A stretch of DNA of 63,261 nt from Thermoanaerobaculia bacterium (lineage in GTDB: Bacteria; Acidobacteriota; Thermoanaerobaculia; Multivoradales; UBA5704), in NCBI GenBank assembly GCA_035949675.1, contig DASZHY010000090.1, forward strand, positions 1 through 63,261, read 5' to 3'. Under the pieces are notes generated by a model. The model saw only the letters and a list, made by a program, of their open reading frames with translations. It did no database searches and was not told where the DNA came from. Position numbers and translations under genes: made by a program. Shown here in pieces: positions 60,301 to 63,261 of the stretch (position 1 is its first letter; each line of letters begins with the position of its first letter).

Positions 60301-63261
60301 CACCTCGCCGCCCACGACCATGAGTCCGCTGCGCTCCGACAGGTCGGTCTCGGCGAGCACCTCCTGAAGCGCCGCGAGGTGCGACGGCGTCAGCTTGAAC
60401 AGGTTGCAGCCGCCGGCGCGCAGCGCCCCGGCGAGCGCCTCCACCCCGCGCTCCTCGGGCAGCAGCTCCACCCTGCCGCCGCTCACCAGGGGCACGAGCA
60501 GAGTCGTCACCGTCAGGTCGAAGCCGAACGGCGAGGACACGGCAGCGGCGCTCCCCTCGTCGACGCCGAAGGCCGCGGCCGCACAGCGCAAGAGGTTCAC
60601 CAACCCGCGGTGCGGCACCATCACACCCTTGGGCATGCCCGTCGAGCCCGAGGTGTAGAGCACGTAGGCGAGGTTGTCGGCCGACGCCGGCTGCCCCGGC
60701 GCCTCCTGTTCCCCTGGCTCCAATCGGGGAGCGCCGTCATCGCACCCGAAGTCCAGCTCGAAGACCGGCACCCCGTGCGCCGCCGGCAGCCGCGGCCGCA
60801 GCTCCCGCCGGGTGAGCAGCGCCCCGGGCCGCGCGTGCTCGATCACGGACGCCAGCCGTGCCGGCGGATGCGCGGGATCGAGCGGCAGGTAGGCGCCGCC
60901 GGCCGCAACCACCGCCAGCAGCCCCAACACCATCTCCGGCGAACGCTCGACGCAGAGCCCCACCACCACCTCCGGCCCGACCCCCGCCCGGCGCAACCGC
61001 CGCGCCCAGCGCCGGACCCGCGCCGCCAGCTCGCCGTAGGTGACGGCCTGCCCGGCGCAGGTCACGGCGACGGCGTGCGGCGTCCGTGCCGCCTGGGCGG
61101 CAAACAGCTCGGCCAGGGTGGCCGTCCGCGGCCAATCCCGCGCCGCCATCGCGTTCCACTCCACCAGCAGCTGCTGCCGCTCGACCGGGCGAAGCAGCGG
61201 CAGCTCCGCGAGCCGTTCGCCGGGCGCTTCGGCCACGGCGGCGAGCAGCGTGCGGAAGCTCGCGGCCAGGAGGTCCACGGTGGCAGCGTCGAACAGGTCG
61301 CGGTCGTACACGATCGTCGCCCCGAGGTCGCTCGCGGTCTCCTCGACGAACAGCGTGAGGTCGAACTTTGCGGGGTCGCTCGCCACCGGCAGCCGGCTGA
61401 AGGTGAGCCCGCCCAACCGCCGACCCTCGCCGCTGTCGCCGATGCCCGGGGACGCGTGCTGCAGGACGAACATGACCTGGAAGAGCGGCGCGTGCGCTCG
61501 GCTCCGGGCCGGCGCCAGCTGCTCCACCACCTTCTCGAAAGGAACTTCCTGGTGGGCCAGGGCGGCGAGCGCCGTCTCCCGCACCTGCGCCAGCAGATCC
61601 ACGAACGCGTGGTCCGGGCGCAGCCTGGCGCGCAGCACCAGGGTGTTGACGAAGCACCCGATCAGGGCCTCGATCTCGGGGTGGTTGCGGCCCGCGACGG
61701 GCGTGCCGACGCTCGACTCCGGCTGGCCGGAGCAGCGCATCAGCAAGGCCTGGAAGCCGGCCAGGAGGGTCATGAACAGCGTCGCGTCCTGCCGGCGGCC
61801 GAGCGCCCGCAGCTCGCCCGCCAGGGCCGCCGGCAGCCGCAGCTCACGGCTGCCTCCCCGGTGGCGCTGCACCGCCGGACGCGGGCGGTCCGTGGGCAGC
61901 TCGAGCAGCGGCGGCGCCGATGCCAGCTGCTCGAGCCAGTAAGCCATCTCCCGCTCGAGCGCCTCGCCTCGAAGCCACTGGCGCTGCCACCATGCGAAAT
62001 CCGCGTACTGCACCGGCAGCGGCGGCAGCGGCGGCAGCGACTGCAGCGACTGCAGGCGACGCGGCCCGACGGCCGCCCGCATCGCGTAGTGCGCAGCCAG
62101 CTCACGGATCAGCACGCCCGCCGACCAGCCGTCGAACACGATGTGGTGCACGGTCAGGACCAGCCGGTGGTCGTCATCCGCGAGGCGCAGGAGCAGGGTG
62201 CGAGCGAGCGGTCCGCGCTCGAGGTCGAAGGGCTGGCCGGAGTCCAGGCCGGCGACGCGGCGCGCCTCGCTCTCGCGGCCGGCCGCGGGAAGGCCCCGCA
62301 GATCGAGGTCCGGCAGCGGCCATGGCCGCGGCGGCGCGATCCTTTGCACCGGCTCGCCCGGGAACGCGCCGCCAGGCTCCGGGGGAGCGCCAAAGGTGGT
62401 GCGCAGCACCTCGTGCCGCGCCAGGACCTCGTCGAAGGCGGCGCCGAGCGCTGCCCGGTCCAGCAGTCCCTGCAGGCGCACCAGGGCAGGGACGTTGTAG
62501 ACCGGGGTTCCCGGCTCGAGCTGGGCGATGAACCACAGCCGCAGCTGCGCGAAGGAGAGCGGGAGCGGCAGGTCGCGGCCCACCGGCCGTATCGGCGGCG
62601 GGGCCGCGGTGCCGCGGCGCACCTCGGCCGCCACGCTGGCGGCCAGGGCGGCGACCGTCGGTCGCTCGAAGAGCGTGCGCACCGGCAGCGCGACGCCGAA
62701 GGACTGGCGCAGGCGCGAGACGACCTGGGTCGCCAGCAGCGAGTGGCCCCCCAGGGCGAAGAAGTTGTCCAGCGCCCCCACCGCCGGCAGGCCCAGCAGC
62801 TCCGCCCAGATGCGGGCCACGGCCTCCTCGGTGGGAGTCCGCGGCGCCACGAGATCCTCCTCCACTCCCGCCCGGTCGCGCGCCGGTTCCGGGAGGGCCG
62901 CGCGGTCCACCTTCCCATGCGCGGTGAGCGGCAGCGCTGCGAGGAGCACGACGTGCGACGGGACCATGTACTCGGGAAGCTCGTCCCTCAGGAAGTGGAA
63001 AAGCTCCGGCACCAGGCCGAGAGCCGGGCCGGAGCCGGGCACGACGTAGGCCACCAGGCGCTTGTCCGCCGTCGCCGCGGCGGCGCCCGGCGCCGCCGCG
63101 GGCTCGGCGCATGCGATCACCACCGCCTCGCCCACCGCGGGATGGCGGGCCAGCACGCTCTCGATCTCTCCCAGCTCGATGCGGAAACCGCGGACCTTCC
63201 CCTGCTGATCGATTCGCCCCAGGAACTCCAGGGCGCCGTCCGGACGGCGGCGGGCGAGGTC
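51340..63261 (-). CDS. NRPS-1, 5'-truncated by the window edge: (A-partial)-T-C-A(Asx-like)-T-C-A(Thr-like)-T-C'-A(Cys-like)-T-C
   Basis: The frame is open to nt 63261 ('DLARRRPDGALEFLGRIDQQGKVRGFRIELGEIE' is an a8 motif). The C domains have 'HHIVFDGWS' (twice), 'HHAMLDGWS' and 'HHIVADGWS'. The carriers are GGHSL, GGHSL, GGDSM and GGHSL. Specificity residues are DLTKVGEVG(K), DFWSVGMVH(K) and DLYNFSLVW(K). The protein ends in a C-A linker, 'LLDEAAAGQLITAFNEVA*'. Confidence 0.95.
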   Translation of the reverse strand, partial: DLARRRPDGALEFLGRIDQQGKVRGFRIELGEIESVLARHPAVGEAVVIACAEPAAAPGAAAATADKRLVAYVVPGSGPALGLVPELFHFLRDELPEYMVPSHVVLLAALPLTAHGKVDRAALPEPARDRAGVEEDLVAPRTPTEEAVARIWAELLGLPAVGALDNFFALGGHSLLATQVVSRLRQSFGVALPVRTLFERPTVAALAASVAAEVRRGTAAPPPIRPVGRDLPLPLSFAQLRLWFIAQLEPGTPVYNVPALVRLQGLLDRAALGAAFDEVLARHEVLRTTFGAPPEPGGAFPGEPVQRIAPPRPWPLPDLDLRGLPAAGRESEARRVAGLDSGQPFDLERGPLARTLLLRLADDDHRLVLTVHHIVFDGWSAGVLIRELAAHYAMRAAVGPRRLQSLQSLPPLPPLPVQYADFAWWQRQWLRGEALEREMAYWLEQLASAPPLLELPTDRPRPAVQRHRGGSRELRLPAALAGELRALGRRQDATLFMTLLAGFQALLMRCSGQPESSVGTPVAGRNHPEIEALIGCFVNTLVLRARLRPDHAFVDLLAQVRETALAALAHQEVPFEKVVEQLAPARSRAHAPLFQVMFVLQHASPGIGDSGEGRRLGGLTFSRLPVASDPAKFDLTLFVEETASDLGATIVYDRDLFDAATVDLLAASFRTLLAAVAEAPGERLAELPLLRPVERQQLLVEWNAMAARDWPRTATLAELFAAQAARTPHAVAVTCAGQAVTYGELAARVRRWARRLRRAGVGPEVVVGLCVERSPEMVLGLLAVVAAGGAYLPLDPAHPPARLASVIEHARPGALLTRRELRPRLPAAHGVPVFELDFGCDDGAPRLEPGEQEAPGQPASADNLAYVLYTSGSTGMPKGVMVPHRGLVNLLRCAAAAFGVDEGSAAAVSSPFGFDLTVTTLLVPLVSGGRVELLPEERGVEALAGALRAGGCNLFKLTPSHLAALQEVLAETDLSERSGLMVVGGEVLEGELVEWWRRRAPGLRVVNEYGPTETVVGCCAHLVKDGEPSAGPVPIGRPIANARLYLLDARQQPVPRWAPGELYVGGPGVSRGYLGRPDLTAERFVPDPFGESPGERLYHTGDRVRLRPDGEAEFLGRGDDQVKIRGFRIEPGEVEAVLAGHPAVREAAVVAQGQGADLRLVAFATGEVDAASLRRFVEEKLPAYMVPAAFIPLDALPLSGHGKLDRRALGALAGAAARTAPMAPIAAPRTRVEVVMAGLWAQLLGPQAPGIDDDFFSLGGHSLLAVQLVSRIRKALGAGLAVETVFASPTIRGLAAAVEARLAAGGRVEAAPIRALLRTERPVLSFAQRRLWFLHQLDVESPAYNIPAALELAGDLDRAALAAALGEVMARHDVLRTTFVEVAGETEPLPRVAALAARALPLVDLGRVPLPGRAALVRRLGAAAAQRPFDLARGPLVRTCLLRLSGQEHVLLLNLHHIVFDGWSVEILTRELAALYGAASTRRPSPLPPLPMQYADFAAWQRRWLDGDRLAPQLQTWRARLQGAPAVLGLPLCRPRPPVRRLRGAQLPFALPGDSALALARPQREGGATLFMVLLSGFMALLSRLAGQEDMVVGAPVAGRNRLETEDLIGFFVNMVVLRADVSGDPSFRELLGRVRQVTLEAFADQDLPFEKLVDELQTERSLAHSPLFQVVLTLQEPAGGALELPGLRLTPLDVPVDSTKFDLTVALTRTAAGLDGVWEYDRDLFDAAAIRRFQGHFRELLLAAAANPAVRLSQLPWLSAAERHQLLWEWNAARESQASELGLYELFAAAARRRPEAVAVSSGQECLSYGGLERRSAALGGRLRALGVGPEVPVALCVGRSAELVVAVLGVLAAGGAYVPIDPDYPRERQAFILADSRAPILLTERRFAPGFEQLAQDRPRLLLLDAAETWTSGPAPSPARALPGNLAGNLAGNLAYVIYTSGSTGRPKGVLVEQRNAVRLFAATRSWFDFDEHDVWTLFHSCAFDFSVWEIWGALLYGGRLVVVPYWISRSPEAFCDLLQQEQATVLSQTPSAFGQLVTAAGARRFAALRLVVFGGEALELGGLRRWWNDRSAERPRLVNMYGITETTVHVTYRPIAPADLERPGSPIGVAIPDLELRVLDRRQQPVGIGVAGELCVGGAGVARGYLDRPELTAARFVPDPSGERPGARLYRSGDLVRYREDGDLEHLGRIDHQVKVRGFRIELGEIEAELEAHPGVAEAVVVVRPQPGGGRRLVAYVVPVRPGLTAPALRQFLRERQPEPMVPSAFVLLERLPLTAHGKVDREALPAAPAEGAAGAAIGAPATPAMPPGSTPGEGGEPEAPPPTGLERQLAEVWAELLGAERVGAEDNFFDLGGDSMQAVRLAGLVKERLGRSVRVQDVFKHQTVSAMAAQLVRGAAGRSHEEERAAGLAVIERFQAAVLGDAAQRAKLPAGREDFFPLSATEKGMIYYSLLLPEQPIYHDQFVHPLSIPDVDTFWRAFELAAGRHPILRSTYHLYGFAEPLKVVHAALPLQRDVEDLGDLPGAAQRQRIERHCAEDLGHRFSFEGGPLWRLKLFRLGGGLWCVAFTVHHAMLDGWSNMALWLELNDLCARPDLAAITALAPLASTYKDHLAITLGRERSAATEAFWRETLAGHERNRLPFQRSRIAGEAGGMDMREVRPQAGLLAALRARAAELHVPLKALCLAAHVHLLHVLTGELDVVTGVVSHDRPGLPDGDRILGCFLNSVPVRMRMRAGESGAALAGRVGSYLMASREHDIPLVDIAALAEGRGTAENPIFDVLFNFMDFHLLTEMGENVLFRPLVQPSADPAQDGPSAVRGNEMTNTLLDLEVSTTLDVLEVRIKFSPRHFTPGDVEQALGLYLRILDALAHRPEAPLGSEMLLAAGERDELVRVFNSTARPRPPRLLHAGFAEQAARRPEAPAVLCGGRTLGYGELAAQANRLARRLLAAGVAPGENVGVVCERSEQLVAAMLAVLAAGAAYVPMEPDYPAARKAHIVRQSGVRRVLADRTYDLGGEAGEAEVEWLAPAAADLARVSGSPLPALALPSQLAYTIYTSGSTGLPKGVMIEHASAANLVDWVNEEYGIGPGQRVLMVSSVCFDLSVYDVFGALAAGAAVVVARAEEVQEPSLLWRLVAEQGVTFWNSVPSTLGLLVEYLEASAPAARCESLRLIFLSGDWIPVGLPERARRFFPHARVVGLGGATEAAVWSVYHPIEPIAAVDPTLASIPYGRPLANNTCYLLDGSLELLPPGVIGDLYIGGMGVARGYAADPAKTAAAFVPDPLAGEPGARLYRTGDLGRMLPGGELEFLGRRDHQVKVRGFRIELGEIESQLCRHPSVQEAAVTARTDRSGQKFLCAYVVAAAMPAARELKAHLERALPGYMVPDVYVGLAKLPLTANGKLDRKALPEPELANLDPASAFVAPSGEVESALAAIWEEVLGVQGVGARHDFFALGGHSLSAVQVATRIRHLLGVELPLRSLFDNPTIAGLAAAVTALRAAGAEPGARPAPAVAPLGKRPRPALLPLSFAQQRMWFLQQLNPGSTAFNLPLVLRLTGRLDAPALAASVSEICRRHESLRTTFPLIGDGPVQVIAPHRPQLLAGVDLGGLAPEQRETAARRLVDQALGRPFDLGRGPLLRTSLLRLSPTDHVAIFHLHHIVADGWSLGLLSDEIAALYAAQVERRASPLPEPPVQYADYTLWQREWLSDEALDRQLAYWRARLAGDLPVLRLPMRRQRPASPTYRGQVEAFRLDGGSSDALRRFAGREGVTTFVLLLAAWKALLRLYTGQDDLIVGTVTANRGRIELEKMIGFFVNTLVLRTDLSGDPTFRELVARVRDTAFAAYEHQDVPYERVLEDLAPQRAGASLFQVKFQLLNFDGDMRQLPGLTSSAFEYRLDTSQSDLTLTITGEQGEISGLFAYSTDLFEAAVIRRLARQFEELLACLVAEPDRRLSSLSLLDEAAAGQLITAFNEVA
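54620..55960 (-). other. Atypical condensation domain C' in NRPS-1, preceding the Cys-type A domain (approximate bounds)
   Basis: The N-terminus is 'FFPLSATEKGMIYYS' and the His motif is 'HHAMLDGWS' (not the DxxxxD of a heterocyclisation domain). The upstream carrier is 'FFDLGGDSMQAVRL'. Confidence 0.6.
57451..57486. repeat. Perfect or near-perfect 12-bp tandem triplication inside the A-domain a3 motif region of NRPS-1
   Basis: ggccaggttgcc / ggccaggttgcc / ggccaggtttcc encode 'GNLAGNLAGNLA' immediately before 'YVIYTSGSTG'. Confidence 0.9.
62024..62068. repeat. Five tandem 9-bp units (cggcagcgg x2, cggcagcga, ctgcagcga, ctgcaggcg) in a C domain of NRPS-1
   Basis: Read directly. They encode 'RLQSLQSLPPLPPLP', just upstream of the 'VQYADFAWWQ' motif. 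Confidence 0.85.

Overview
This is a very GC-rich bacterial chromosomal window (about 70% G+C by eye, not computed). An ADOP-type duplicated orphan FtsX permease, an ELWxxDGT-repeat protein and a BNR/sortilin-like protein suggest Acidobacteriota or a similar soil lineage; this is inference only.

The left ~27 kb carries mixed-strand housekeeping and accessory genes. In order they are: a 5'-partial hypothetical gene with an internal 129-nt duplication, an ASCH protein, a GlsB/YeaQ/YmgE membrane protein, and a 1230-aa copper-radical-oxidase (galactose/glyoxal-oxidase-like) protein fused to an unrecognised ~570-aa region and a 4-helix C-terminal anchor. These are followed by a secreted S1/P1 nuclease, the ADOP permease, sbcD-sbcC, the ELWxxDGT repeat protein, and a dual-GAF sigma54 enhancer-binding protein. 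Last come the BNR/Asp-box protein, an RND permease with no adjacent adaptor, and a carboxymuconolactone-decarboxylase-family protein.

The right ~36 kb (26969 to the window edge) is one minus-strand, tightly coupled non-ribosomal peptide synthetase cluster. It has four NRPS genes with 9 A domains, the first cut by the window edge. In transcription order these are followed by a TauD/SyrP-like dioxygenase, a diaminobutyrate transaminase, a cyclic-peptide-type ABC exporter, a second TauD-like dioxygenase and an SbnA-like PLP enzyme.

The unusual assembly-line features are:
- a condensation-superfamily domain lacking the catalytic His motif at the N-terminus of NRPS-3;
- an FkbM-family methyltransferase inserted into a Gln-code A domain;
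- modules split between proteins at C|A junctions;
- two atypical C domains, each fed by a GGDS-type carrier;
- one A-domain signature I cannot assign.

The motif-anchored residue order is (X)-Asx-Thr-Cys-like-?-Gln(Me)-Dab-Asn-Asn-TE. I do not recognise this as a known product. No rRNA, tRNA, CRISPR or mobile element was seen. The many long Arg/Gly/Pro-rich ORFs opposite or out of frame with real genes are GC-driven shadows.
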